A DNA stretch of 64,000 nucleotides from Spirochaetia bacterium (GCA_965263295.1 OZ253665.1:960001-1024000), one strand, 5' to 3'; positions 31,050-41,065 are shown, counted from the stretch's first letter. Numbers and translations: made by a program. The notes: a model not told the origin generated them from the sequence alone.

Positions 31050-31157
31050 AATGAAATGAGAGCCATTGCGTTCAACTATGTAATAATCATGGAAGGGATC
31101 TAGGCATCGTAGTCAATCAAGCGTGAGTGACGGCAGCCTATGCTCAATTTTTTCATC

Positions 31158-31531
31158 CGGGACCACGAAAGAGGAACCACGAAAAGCACGAAGACGGCGA
31201 AAGAGGGACCACAAAAGGCACGAAGACGGCGAAAAGGCACGAAATTTAGGCTGGGGAGCCGCGGGTGGCAGGGAGGCAGGCGCGGCGCTTTAGAATTTTT
31301 CGTGTCGTTTCGTACTTTTTTAGTGTTTTTCGTGGTTACTTGGCCCGGAACCACGAAAGGCACGAAGACGGCGAAAAGGCACGAAATTTAGGCTGGGGAG
31401 CCGCGGGTGGCAGGGAGGCAGGCGCGGCGCTTTAGAATTTTTCGTGTCGTTTCGTACTTTTTTAGTGTTTTTCGTGGTTACTTGGCCCGGGGACCACGAA
31501 AAGCACGAAAGAGGGCGAAAGGTCACGAAAG
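31158..31531 (+). repeat. Palindromic repeat family, locus E (two 142-bp tandem units plus extra left arms)
   Basis: 31217-31348 is identical to 31359-31490; left and right arms alternate. Confidence 0.95.
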
Positions 31532-31657
31532 TTAGACAGGGGAAAGCGGAAACCGCACCCGGAAAATCAGTAAAAACGGCTGCAAATTTCTGCAATTTTT
31601 TTTCAAACTTAAACGCCCCACATCCACCCTTTGAAAGCCCTAAATACAAGGCATCCT

Positions 31658-32650
31658 TCAACTTTTCTGCACAATTCCTGCTTTTTCATTCTCCATGCCC
31701 CCCACATCATTGCAACGATAAAACTCAGCAATTCGTTGCACTATCGCTGTCGTATTGCCGGGATGAAATTCTTCACGCGACGGCAGATGTTTTAAAAAGG
31801 TCAATTGCCTTTTGGCGTAATTACGACTATTTTGCTGGATTTTGCCCAGGAGCTCTTCTTTGGAAGACCCTTGATTCAGAAAGAATTCTCGGTATCCAAT
31901 TCCCTGCATACCAGGATCTGCAATAGTATATCCCATATTTTGTATATCATTTATCTCTTGCTCTAGCCCTTGCGCAAACATCAACTGAACGCGCAAGTTA
32001 ATCCGGTGATATAACTCCTCCCGCTCTCGGTTCAAAGTAATCACCAAAGGTTGATATTGGCTTCGTATTATATTGCCAGGTTTATAAGAAGAAAAAGATA
32101 TGCCTGTATCCAGGCATACTTCGCAGGCTCGCAATAAATGTTGTCGATCGTTAGGGTGAATGCGCTGCCAGCTCTCGCGATCAAGCTCACGCAATTTTTT
32201 ATATAGTTCTACAGTTTCTAAAGACTTTAGATACTGACTATGTCGCCCAGTGATTTTAGGAATGGAGGGCAGACCGTATAAAAAATTTTTTAGATAAAAA
32301 ACGGTACCTCCAGAGATCACAGGAATATTACCCCGCTCAATAATCTGTGGAATTAGAGCGTCACATTGACGAACAAAGTATCCCGCAGTAAACTTCTCGC
32401 AGGGATCTAAAAAATCGATTAAATGATGGGGCAGATCTAGCTGTTCAATAGCTGTCGGTTTGGCACTGGCGATATTCAGGTGACGATACACTTGAATTGA
32501 GTCACAATTAATAACCTCAATTCCTCGCCTGTCTGAATAGGCATTTGACTTATTTCGTAGAGCACTCTGTATCTGCTGGAGAACCTTGGTTTTGCCTACA
32601 GCTGTAGGCCCGGCAATGATCGCAACTTTATACTGCTGAGAGCACATCAC
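31658..32650 (-). CDS. miaA: tRNA dimethylallyltransferase
   Basis: GPTAVGKT, DSIQVY, SAKP, GGTVFY, IGYREF, YAKRQLT. Confidence 0.96.
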   Translation of the reverse strand: MMCSQQYKVAIIAGPTAVGKTKVLQQIQSALRNKSNAYSDRRGIEVINCDSIQVYRHLNIASAKPTAIEQLDLPHHLIDFLDPCEKFTAGYFVRQCDALIPQIIERGNIPVISGGTVFYLKNFLYGLPSIPKITGRHSQYLKSLETVELYKKLRELDRESWQRIHPNDRQHLLRACEVCLDTGISFSSYKPGNIIRSQYQPLVITLNREREELYHRINLRVQLMFAQGLEQEINDIQNMGYTIADPGMQGIGYREFFLNQGSSKEELLGKIQQNSRNYAKRQLTFLKHLPSREEFHPGNTTAIVQRIAEFYRCNDVGGMENEKAGIVQKS

Positions 32651-32710
32651 TCACAAAATCTTGCCGTTGCCGGCCAGGTAATGCAACTATAAGAACTGTG
32701 TCTGCAAAAT

Positions 32711-32914
32711 TTAAGCCTGTTTGTTGCGGAACAGGACTTGCTTGCTCAGTATCTCATCCATAGACAATGATATAGGCTTACCATGGTAAGTTTCCAAGTC
32801 CTCGCTGCCGGTCTTGGTCACTTGATTTGAGCGCTTGATGACGGCATTAGTGAGCTCATAAATATTATCTTGGTAGTCCAAGATTCTGGTAATTGGCATT
32901 GATTTTTCTTTCAT
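32711..32914 (-). CDS. rpoZ: RNA polymerase omega subunit (spirochaete type)
   Basis: NIYELTNAVIKRSNQ...KPISLSMDEI; located upstream of miaA. Confidence 0.75.
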   Translation of the reverse strand: MKEKSMPITRILDYQDNIYELTNAVIKRSNQVTKTGSEDLETYHGKPISLSMDEILSKQVLFRNKQA

Positions 32915-33004
32915 GATTGGGATTATATGAGAGCTTGTGTCGAAGTGCAAGCTAGTCCAGCCCTAGATTCCACAAGGTCAAAGGCTAATCCTCAACCGAA
33001 AAAT

Positions 33005-33655
33005 ATGACAAAGAAACAGCGAGCTCATTATATTTTAAAAGAACTGGAACAAAAATATCCCTCTGTCCCTATTCCACTAGATCATCAGGATCCTTATACT
33101 TTACTCATTGCTGTAATACTTTCAGCACAGTGTAGCGATTTGCGCGTCAATCAGGTCACCCCCGTCTTGTTTGCAAAGGCTGTTAAGCCGCAGGAAATGG
33201 TTCAGCTCAGCATAGAAGAGATTGCCGATATTATCCGCCCTTGCGGCCTGGCTCCGATGAAATCCAAAGGTATTCACGGCTTATCCCAAATACTGCTGGA
33301 AAAACACCAGGGCCAGGTGCCGCGGACTTTTACGGAGCTTGAAGCATTGCCTGCTGTAGGTCATAAGACTGCCAGTGTCGTTTTGGCCCAAGCCTTTGGC
33401 ATTCCGACCTTTCCCGTAGACACGCACATCCATCGGCTGGCTCAACGCTGGGGGCTTAGCTCAGGAAAAAATGTTATGGAAACAGAAATCAATTTGAAAT
33501 CCCTCTTTCCGCAGGAATCCTGGAATAAACTGCACCTGCAGATGATCTGGTATGGACGGACATATTGTACGGCCAGAACTTGTCATGGTTTGAGCTGTCC
33601 GATCTGTAAAGCCCTGTTCCCCAATAGAAAAAAAGCAGTAAAGTTAAAGAAATAA
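33005..33655 (+). CDS. nth: Endonuclease III
   Basis: ILSAQCSD, HhH motif LPAVGHKTA, VDTHIHR, C-terminal Cys cluster CTARTC...CPIC. Confidence 0.95.
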   Translation: MTKKQRAHYILKELEQKYPSVPIPLDHQDPYTLLIAVILSAQCSDLRVNQVTPVLFAKAVKPQEMVQLSIEEIADIIRPCGLAPMKSKGIHGLSQILLEKHQGQVPRTFTELEALPAVGHKTASVVLAQAFGIPTFPVDTHIHRLAQRWGLSSGKNVMETEINLKSLFPQESWNKLHLQMIWYGRTYCTARTCHGLSCPICKALFPNRKKAVKLKK

Positions 33656-33755
33656 GAAGATTTTCTAAGATTTTACCTAGAGATTCCGAAAATAAGCAAA
33701 AATCTGTTCAGGTTTGATGCGGCTCTAAATAATCCGTTATCTAAATACTAATGCG

Positions 33756-34718
33756 ATGGAGTTCGTTTTGAAGTCAGCATTTAAATCGCGTATCCTGTGG
33801 CTCTTTATATTTTTCAGCATGTTTGCCGGCAAATTATTTGCCATACAGTTTACCTTGGCCTATTTTGATAAATCTGTCTACTACACTGACTCAGAAATCC
33901 GCATTAAAGCCATCTTGCACAACGATAGCAATGAGGCTTTCTTCTTCCGCACAGCGGACAACCGGGTTTTCAATCTCAAGGTAAATGTTCGTACTTTGGA
34001 TAATAGAAACTTAAAAGAATCTGCCGATTATGCGATGCTTCAAAATAGCAATCGTCCCTATTTTTACCGTGATATTTCTCTGGAGCCTGGTGAAGAATAC
34101 GCCTTTGTTTTCACATTAAATCGTTTTGTCGAAATCAAAGATCCCGGTATCTTCATCCTGGAGGCCAACTACTCCACAGATCTGACAGAGCAAAATACCA
34201 TACGATCAAACAAGTTATACCTGAACATACGTCCCCGAGTTGCAGCTCAGCCAGAATACCGTGAACGTATTGACAGTCAGACTCAAGAACTGCTCTCCCG
34301 CCAGGAGTTGGGACCGGATGAAGTGGTATCCTACACATTGCAATCCCTAATGAGTAAGTTCTGGAATCGCTACTTTTTGTATCTAGATTTGGAGTACCTC
34401 ATTCGCCAGAGCAGTTACTATTATCGCCGTTTTGTTGCTTCCAACGAACAGGAGCAACGCAAATTATTGGATAATTTTCGGCAGGCCGTGACGGATGGTG
34501 CAATTCCCGAAATCGCGGCTATGACCGATATTCCCAATAATTTTGAAATTATTCGCACAACTTATACTGAAAATGAAGCAACAGTGATTGTAGCTGAAAC
34601 TTTTCAGCGTATCGGTGGCTACAGTGATTTGCTTCGTTATACCTACCACTTGCACAAGAAAGAAAAAATCTGGTATATCTATCGTATCACTACACAGCTG
34701 GTTCGTGATGTGTCCTAG
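33756..34718 (+). CDS. Hypothetical exported protein
   Basis: 320-aa ORF with a signal peptide; no motif recognised. Confidence 0.7.
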   Translation: MEFVLKSAFKSRILWLFIFFSMFAGKLFAIQFTLAYFDKSVYYTDSEIRIKAILHNDSNEAFFFRTADNRVFNLKVNVRTLDNRNLKESADYAMLQNSNRPYFYRDISLEPGEEYAFVFTLNRFVEIKDPGIFILEANYSTDLTEQNTIRSNKLYLNIRPRVAAQPEYRERIDSQTQELLSRQELGPDEVVSYTLQSLMSKFWNRYFLYLDLEYLIRQSSYYYRRFVASNEQEQRKLLDNFRQAVTDGAIPEIAAMTDIPNNFEIIRTTYTENEATVIVAETFQRIGGYSDLLRYTYHLHKKEKIWYIYRITTQLVRDVS

Positions 34719-34975
34719 CTCACATACCAGACTTCTAGAAAACGATTGAGCTACTTCATTAAATGTGGCTTTTCATGCAATATTCAAAGCAGCAATAAAG
34801 TTGTGAGAACCACCTCAGAATATACGCTTTGGAGTTTGACAAAAATAATTGAATGCGGAAACTAGCAGGCGTTCAGGTAAACCTGATCCGGTGAACGGGG
34901 GTGAGTCATATAAAACTCAACCTGTCAAAATAGCGCATGTATTTCTTTATATAAACGGATTAATCGAGTGACTCA

Positions 34976-35638
34976 ATGCGAATAAAATTAGCTGTCATTA
35001 TATTTTATCTATTCCTGCTGCCAGTATCTTCATTACTGGCTCAAGCTGGCAATGAAGATGATGATTTGACTCCTTACAGCAACATTAATATCGTAAGGGG
35101 AAGATACCAAGGCGATTTAGGACTGCAAGTCAACGGCTATATCTGGGCTCCTTTATTTAACATTGATCCCCAATCCGGCATCCAAAGCACAAATCTGGGT
35201 GTGGGTGGCGGTGCCGATTTGGCCGTGGCCTATTACCTGACGGCTAATTTAGGTCTGGGAGGCTTTCTGGACTTAGGTATTTCGTCACCCGCGAACCAGG
35301 ACAACACCCAGAATTATTTTCTCGCATTTGTTTTGGGACCGAGAATCTCCTATGACATTAATATTTATACCCTAAAGTACTCGTCTCACCCGCTGTTTAC
35401 CTTTCCGCTCGGCTTCGGGGCAGGAATATCAGCGGCCAAATTTGGCGATATTACAAATATAATTCCCGTCTTTAAATTCGATGCCGGTGTCTATATTAAC
35501 CCGTTTGATCAGCCAGAATGGTCTTTGGGTCTTAGTCTACACTATTGGTTTGCGCCGGAATTTACCAAAGCAGAGTTGTCGCGCATTGGCAATTATCTGA
35601 TGATTGGCTTGGGATTTAACTTCCATTCTGGCCTGTAA
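34976..35638 (+). CDS. Small outer-membrane beta-barrel, TP0733/OmpW-like
   Basis: Signal peptide; alternating amphipathic strands (GD...PLF...NL..GG, PLGFGAG, WSLG, GNYL); C-terminal aromatic strand. Confidence 0.7.
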   Translation: MRIKLAVIIFYLFLLPVSSLLAQAGNEDDDLTPYSNINIVRGRYQGDLGLQVNGYIWAPLFNIDPQSGIQSTNLGVGGGADLAVAYYLTANLGLGGFLDLGISSPANQDNTQNYFLAFVLGPRISYDINIYTLKYSSHPLFTFPLGFGAGISAAKFGDITNIIPVFKFDAGVYINPFDQPEWSLGLSLHYWFAPEFTKAELSRIGNYLMIGLGFNFHSGL

Positions 35639-35714
35639 ACCGCTGAACCCATCGGGTTTTTAGGTAATTTGGGGTAATGTTGGATACTGTTGGGAAATAT
35701 CTAGGAAAGAACTC

Positions 35715-36893
35715 ATGATGATTCGAAACGCCATCGCGAATATGTTGAATATGCTGAACGTCAAAAGGTTTTTAGCCCAAAGGTTTGTAGCTCAATGGGC
35801 GCCAGGCTTTCTACTATTCGGCCTCGCTATTGGGACGATGTTGCCAGTGGCCTGTTCAGATGCCGGCATCCTGGATGCCATTGAGGATGCCGAAGAGCTT
35901 TCGGACGGCAACTTGAACAATCACATCTTTGTCCACAGCATTGTCCAAATTGGTGAGACCGTTTATCTCGGCAGCAAATATGTCTGGGAAAAGACTGCTA
36001 GCGAAGGGAACTGGACAAAGACCGGCCTGCCCTCCGGCCTGGATCCCGACAAGACTCCTGTCGTTAGTATCGCCACTGATGGTGAGAAGTTGTTTGTCGC
36101 CAGTCGTGAAAAAGTCTATGTTCGCGATAATACAAACAGTTGGTCCGACCCTGCCTGGCTCGGCGGGAATCTGGCCTGGTATGCCCTGCGTGGCTCGTCT
36201 AATGTTGGCAAGCAGCCGGGCGGCGAAGTGCTGGCCGCCGGTGAAGATAAAAACATCTATCAATATTCAAGTTCTTCCTGGCAGCCCATCCCTGCGAATA
36301 CACCAATGAATGACTTTGTTCAAGTAGAGTTAAGTCCCGGTGATAAGCAATATTATTTAGCTGCGGGAAGCATATTAAAAGCGGGTAAAAGTTTATATAA
36401 ACTTTTACCTATGACTCCCCCCTTACCGATTGAGAGCTCGCAATCAATCACCGACTTACTAGAACTGGACGTCAACGGTCAAAAACAGTTAGCCGTATTG
36501 ACTAATGATGGTGAGCTGTATATATATGAAAATAGTAGTTGGGATGATAAGAGCTCGGGTGGAAAAAATAATATTAGCTTGTGTCAGGTTGATGATAAAC
36601 TCCTAGTTGGGCGTGTGGGGGAGCGTCATCGGGGAGGGGGCTACCAGATTTATGACGTGCAAGACAGGAGCTGGAAACAGCCGTCAAAGACGGATGACTT
36701 CACTGATATGGATAGCCTAGTTACTTTGTCTAGCGGACGCTCGATTATGAATTCAAAACTGCATATTATTTTCTTTTATGATGATCCTAATGGCGACGAC
36801 AGCCGAGACCGCATATATGCCGCGACACAGGGTAGTCGTGGTGTGTTTGGCGCCCGGCGCAAAGCTGGGCGCTGGTCCTGGGGCTTGGAATAA
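35715..36893 (+). CDS. Putative lipoprotein, possible beta-propeller
   Basis: Lipobox PVAC followed by repeated short beta-rich blades ending in W. Confidence 0.65.
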   Translation: MMIRNAIANMLNMLNVKRFLAQRFVAQWAPGFLLFGLAIGTMLPVACSDAGILDAIEDAEELSDGNLNNHIFVHSIVQIGETVYLGSKYVWEKTASEGNWTKTGLPSGLDPDKTPVVSIATDGEKLFVASREKVYVRDNTNSWSDPAWLGGNLAWYALRGSSNVGKQPGGEVLAAGEDKNIYQYSSSSWQPIPANTPMNDFVQVELSPGDKQYYLAAGSILKAGKSLYKLLPMTPPLPIESSQSITDLLELDVNGQKQLAVLTNDGELYIYENSSWDDKSSGGKNNISLCQVDDKLLVGRVGERHRGGGYQIYDVQDRSWKQPSKTDDFTDMDSLVTLSSGRSIMNSKLHIIFFYDDPNGDDSRDRIYAATQGSRGVFGARRKAGRWSWGLE

Positions 36894-36957
36894 GCACCGG
36901 CTTAACCGCTAAAACAACGACGAGGTAGTAAGGATAGGGCCATTTGCCCGGCGCAAA

Positions 36958-38409
36958 ATGCGCATAAGACGACGCATGGAAAGTTTTTTACATATTTTGC
37001 TCGGGCTCCTGGGGCTGTCATTTATTATATTAATTCATGAACTGGGGCACTTTGCCGCAGCAAAATGTTGTAAAGTTCACGTGGAAAGGCTCTGCCTTTT
37101 TCTGGGGAAACCGTTACTCAGCTGGAAGTGGGGGCATACCGAATTTGCAATAGCCTGGCTTCCGTTAGGCGGCTACTGCAAAATGAAAGGCGAAGGCTTG
37201 CCTTTGCAAGGACTAGAAAATAGTGGCGGCAACCTGGGGCAAGTGGATCAGACCTCGTTGGCCGGGCAAGCTCTCGTTGAAGGCGCAAAGAGTTTTGCCG
37301 CTGCCAGTCCCCTGCAAAAGATTTTTATTGCCGCTGCCGGGCCCTTGATAAATATTTTATTTGCGTTTTTCGTGTTCTTCTCATTCCAATTGGGCGGCTA
37401 TCCCGAATCGCGCCAAAGCCAACGCATAGTCATGCCTAATACGACAACAATAAGTCGCAGCCAGCTGCCCCAAAGCCCCAGCCCAGCCGAACAAGCCGAA
37501 TTACGTTCGGGAGATATAATTATCCGCTTGGGCAAGCAACACATTGAGAGTTTTTCAGACTTGCAAATGGCTGTTGCCCTAAATGCCGGCGTCGAGCTCG
37601 AATTAGATTATCTGCGCCAAGGGCAAGTCCGCCATACGATTATCAAACCGGCAGCCACTACCGAAGGCCGAGGCTGGATTGGCGTGCTACCATGGCGCGA
37701 CTTGGAACTCCAATCTCCAATAGACATCGGCGCAGCTGGCGCTGAGGGAAAAGGACCTAGTTTACAGCCCGGCATGCGTTTGATCAGTGTCAACGCAGAG
37801 CCGGTGGCCCATTGGTATCAGCTGCTAGAACTGCTGGGCAAACCAGTCATCGCGCAGCAATCGCAACAAGTATTGCCCACGGAATGGCTCGGTCCAGCTG
37901 GCGGAACACAGCAATTAGGAATGACGGTGGAGCAATTGAAGAATTTGAATTTTACGTTCGCCCATCCCACCTGGACGCGCAGCCCAAGTCTTTGGCATGC
38001 CGCAAAGCAGTCTGTAAAAAAGTTACAAAATCTGGTATATATGCAGTTCAAGGGCTTGTTCCAGCTGCTGCGTGGGCGCTTAAAGCTCAAGGACAATTTA
38101 GCGGGCCCAATCCAGATTTCAGATCAGATTGGCCAAGTTATGCTCAGCGCCGGTAACAGCGCGGCGGAACGGTGGTACACTACATGGCAGTTTTTAAGTT
38201 TTATCAGTTTTGCGATTGCGCTAGCTAACTTACTCCCTATAGGTGTTTTAGATGGCGGCCAGATCCTGCTTTACAGCATTGAGCTCTCAATGCGACGCAG
38301 CTTGCCCAGCAAGCTGATTCATGTTTACCAGGCGCTGGGCAGTATTCTGGTCATCAGCCTGATGGTCTTCACCCTTGGCTTTGAGCTGCTGCATTACCTT
38401 AGGCTCTGA
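36958..38409 (+). CDS. rseP: Site-2 (M50) RIP metalloprotease with a PDZ domain
   Basis: IHELGH, PLGGYCKM, AGPLIN, SPAEQAELRSGD, NLLPIGVLDGG. Confidence 0.93.
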   Translation: MRIRRRMESFLHILLGLLGLSFIILIHELGHFAAAKCCKVHVERLCLFLGKPLLSWKWGHTEFAIAWLPLGGYCKMKGEGLPLQGLENSGGNLGQVDQTSLAGQALVEGAKSFAAASPLQKIFIAAAGPLINILFAFFVFFSFQLGGYPESRQSQRIVMPNTTTISRSQLPQSPSPAEQAELRSGDIIIRLGKQHIESFSDLQMAVALNAGVELELDYLRQGQVRHTIIKPAATTEGRGWIGVLPWRDLELQSPIDIGAAGAEGKGPSLQPGMRLISVNAEPVAHWYQLLELLGKPVIAQQSQQVLPTEWLGPAGGTQQLGMTVEQLKNLNFTFAHPTWTRSPSLWHAAKQSVKKLQNLVYMQFKGLFQLLRGRLKLKDNLAGPIQISDQIGQVMLSAGNSAAERWYTTWQFLSFISFAIALANLLPIGVLDGGQILLYSIELSMRRSLPSKLIHVYQALGSILVISLMVFTLGFELLHYLRL

Positions 38410-38475
38410 TCTCAAATATAGTGCCTGAGACAGATCTGCCAAACTGTTTCTCAACCCAGATAAGATTATAAGGAA

Positions 38476-39717
38476 TTACAAGGTTAAATAATCTAGCGCC
38501 TTAAGCAATTGCTCAAAGCCTTGCCTTTTGCGACTGACTGTCAGACGGCCGTCCACCTCTACTACCGCTTCACCGGCAGCTGAACGCAAATTGTAGAGCG
38601 AATGCATTGAGGCACCGTAGGCCCCGGCTGTCAGCAAGGCGATAATATCTCCGCACTGCGCTTGAGCAATCTCTACTTCTTCCACCAGAATGTCCGAAGA
38701 TTCACAAATATTGCCGACGATCCGGACGGTTTGGCGCCCGCGGCCTGCGGCCTCGCCTGTCAAATTAATGGCGTGATGGTAAGCGCCATAAAAGGCCGGA
38801 CGAATCAAGTGATTAAAGCCTGTGTCCGTACCGACAAAAGTGCAGGTCTCGCTCGGATTAATAACTGTTATCTGACAGAGCAGCACTGTCGATTCTGCCA
38901 CCAGGAACTTGCCAGGTTCGAGACGCAGCTCAAGTGGCTGTTGCGTGCGATCTTGGTATTGCTGGCGAGCCGGCGCAATCGCGCGGGCAAAACTGCGTAA
39001 ATCCAGGCCTTCTTGACCTGGCAAGTAACGCACACCGAAGCCGCCGCCACAGTCGATAAACTGTAGTACCTCAAAATTTTCAGCCACTTGCAGCATAGAG
39101 CGGACCGCCGTTTCAAATTCAGCCGTCTGGTAAAAGCCGGAGCCAATATGACAGTGCAGGCCCACCAGCTGGAGCTGATAACGCCCTAAGAGCTGCTTTA
39201 TTTCGTCCAGGTCGCTCAATGCAATGCCGAACTTGGAGTCCTTGCCGCCAGTTACGGTGCCCTTGAACTCACCAGCCCCGACACAGGGCTTGAGCCGAAT
39301 CGCCACCGGAGCTCCCGGCTGGAGTTCCCCCAATTGTTCCAGCTCCATCAGGGAGCCTATATTACACAACACGCCCAATTCCAGAACCTGAGAGAGCTCC
39401 TCGCGACTGGAGTAGTTGCCTGTAAAAATAATTTGATCACGGTTAAAACCACAGCGCATAGCCATTAAAATTTCTTGCAGGGACACCGTGTCGACACCAT
39501 CAAGGCCAGCAAGCCGCAAGGCTTTTAACAAATCGGGATTGTAATTGGCTTTCATGGCATAAAAAATGCGACTATTCTCCGCAAAACCCCGCCTCATGGT
39601 TTCCAAGCGCTGCAATACGGTAGCGATGTCCGTGAGGTAGGCCGGGCTGCCAGCTTGGTCAATAGTCTGTTGTGCCTGTTCCAGGCTGGGAATAAATAAA
39701 TCGTTTTGCTTTTTCAT
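38476..39717 (-). CDS. lysA: Diaminopimelate decarboxylase
   Basis: YAMKAN, SKFG, HCHIGS, GGGFG, EPGKFLV, GNICESSD, GAYG. Confidence 0.93.
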   Translation of the reverse strand: MKKQNDLFIPSLEQAQQTIDQAGSPAYLTDIATVLQRLETMRRGFAENSRIFYAMKANYNPDLLKALRLAGLDGVDTVSLQEILMAMRCGFNRDQIIFTGNYSSREELSQVLELGVLCNIGSLMELEQLGELQPGAPVAIRLKPCVGAGEFKGTVTGGKDSKFGIALSDLDEIKQLLGRYQLQLVGLHCHIGSGFYQTAEFETAVRSMLQVAENFEVLQFIDCGGGFGVRYLPGQEGLDLRSFARAIAPARQQYQDRTQQPLELRLEPGKFLVAESTVLLCQITVINPSETCTFVGTDTGFNHLIRPAFYGAYHHAINLTGEAAGRGRQTVRIVGNICESSDILVEEVEIAQAQCGDIIALLTAGAYGASMHSLYNLRSAAGEAVVEVDGRLTVSRKRQGFEQLLKALDYLTL

Positions 39718-39738
39718 GCGTTTCCTTTCTGTAATTTT

Positions 39739-41046
39739 CTATGAAAAAATCTCATAAATTTCTTGTACTTTAGGTGAGTGGCTACCTATTTTAATCGAAT
39801 TGACGACTCTTTTTTGAGCTTCTATAAAAGATTCTTCATCTTTTGCATGTACTATGGCTACAACGCTTTTTGTATCAACTTTTGTGCCTAATGCAATCAC
39901 ATTTTCTAAACCGACGCTGTGATCTACAATATCTGCAGGCCGGATCCTACCTCCACCTAGACTGACAACGCAATATCCAAGCCCAATGGTATCAATTGAT
40001 TCAATAATACCTTCACACGATGCATATACAGGTCGAATGACATTTGCTTTTTGTAAATAAGTCTCATATTTTTCACAAAAATCTTTAGGACCACCTAAAG
40101 AACTAAGCATTTGGGCAAATGCTTCCAAAGCTTTGCCGCTACTTAAAACATCTTCTAGTTTTTCCTTGGCTTCTACTTCATTTGATGCCAGCTTTGCATT
40201 AATCAGAGCTTGAGAACAAAGTTGTATATTAACCCTATGAAGTCTTGGATTCTTTATTTTATTTTGTAAATATTCAATAGCTTCTTTAATTTCCAGAGCA
40301 TTGCCGGCATTATATGCTAAACATTGATTCATGTCGGTTAGAATGGCGGTGGTGTTTACGCCGGCATTGTTGGCAATTGCAACAATTGATTTTGCCAACT
40401 CAATGGACTTCTCGTGGCTGGGCATAAACGAGCCATTTCCCACCTTGACATCCATTATTAGGGTGTCTAAGCCTTCTGCTAATTTTTTAGAAAGAATTGA
40501 GGCACTTATCATGGGTATACTCTCGACAGTTGCCGTAACATCTCTAATGGAATAAATTCTCTTGTCCGCTGGGGCCAAGGTGTGTGTTTGGCCAATAATC
40601 GCAACCCCACAATTTTTTACCGTATCTTTAAAGAGTTTATTATCCGGAAAAGTATTATAGTTGGGAATTGATTCCAATTTATCCAAAGTCCCCCCAGTAT
40701 GACCTAAGCCCCTTCCAGAAATCATTGGGACATAAGCGCCACAAGCGCTGAGCATTGGGCCTAACATTAAAGATACGACATCACCGACCCCACCTGTTGA
40801 ATGTTTATCCACAATCGGACCATTCAAATCCCACTTTAAGGTGTCACCTGAGTTTTTCATGGCCAATGTTAAATGCGTTTTTTCTTCCAAATTCATTCCA
40901 TTAAAAAATACAGCCATTGCAAGGGCGCTAATTTGTTCATTGGTGACAGAAGCATCCATGACGCCATTAATAAAGGCTTGAATTTCTTCTTTACTTAAAG
41001 GATTATTATCTCTTTTTTTTCTGATAAATTCTTGTGGCAAAAACAT
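39739..41046 (-). CDS. deoA: Thymidine phosphorylase
   Basis: MFLPQEFIRKKRD start after RBS AGGAG; DKHSTGGVGD, SGRGLGHTGGTLDKLE, SILSKKLAEG. Confidence 0.96.
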   Translation of the reverse strand: MFLPQEFIRKKRDNNPLSKEEIQAFINGVMDASVTNEQISALAMAVFFNGMNLEEKTHLTLAMKNSGDTLKWDLNGPIVDKHSTGGVGDVVSLMLGPMLSACGAYVPMISGRGLGHTGGTLDKLESIPNYNTFPDNKLFKDTVKNCGVAIIGQTHTLAPADKRIYSIRDVTATVESIPMISASILSKKLAEGLDTLIMDVKVGNGSFMPSHEKSIELAKSIVAIANNAGVNTTAILTDMNQCLAYNAGNALEIKEAIEYLQNKIKNPRLHRVNIQLCSQALINAKLASNEVEAKEKLEDVLSSGKALEAFAQMLSSLGGPKDFCEKYETYLQKANVIRPVYASCEGIIESIDTIGLGYCVVSLGGGRIRPADIVDHSVGLENVIALGTKVDTKSVVAIVHAKDEESFIEAQKRVVNSIKIGSHSPKVQEIYEIFS

Positions 41047-41065
41047 TTTGTAAGTCTCCTCTCTT

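Noticed and set aside
28778..31531. CRISPR array interpretation of repeat loci D and E
   Set aside because: The sequences between arms are repeated rather than unique, unit lengths do not fit CRISPR, and no cas genes are present
31100..31926. Short ORFs overlapping repeat locus E
   Set aside because: Low-complexity translations of the repeat arms or antisense to miaA
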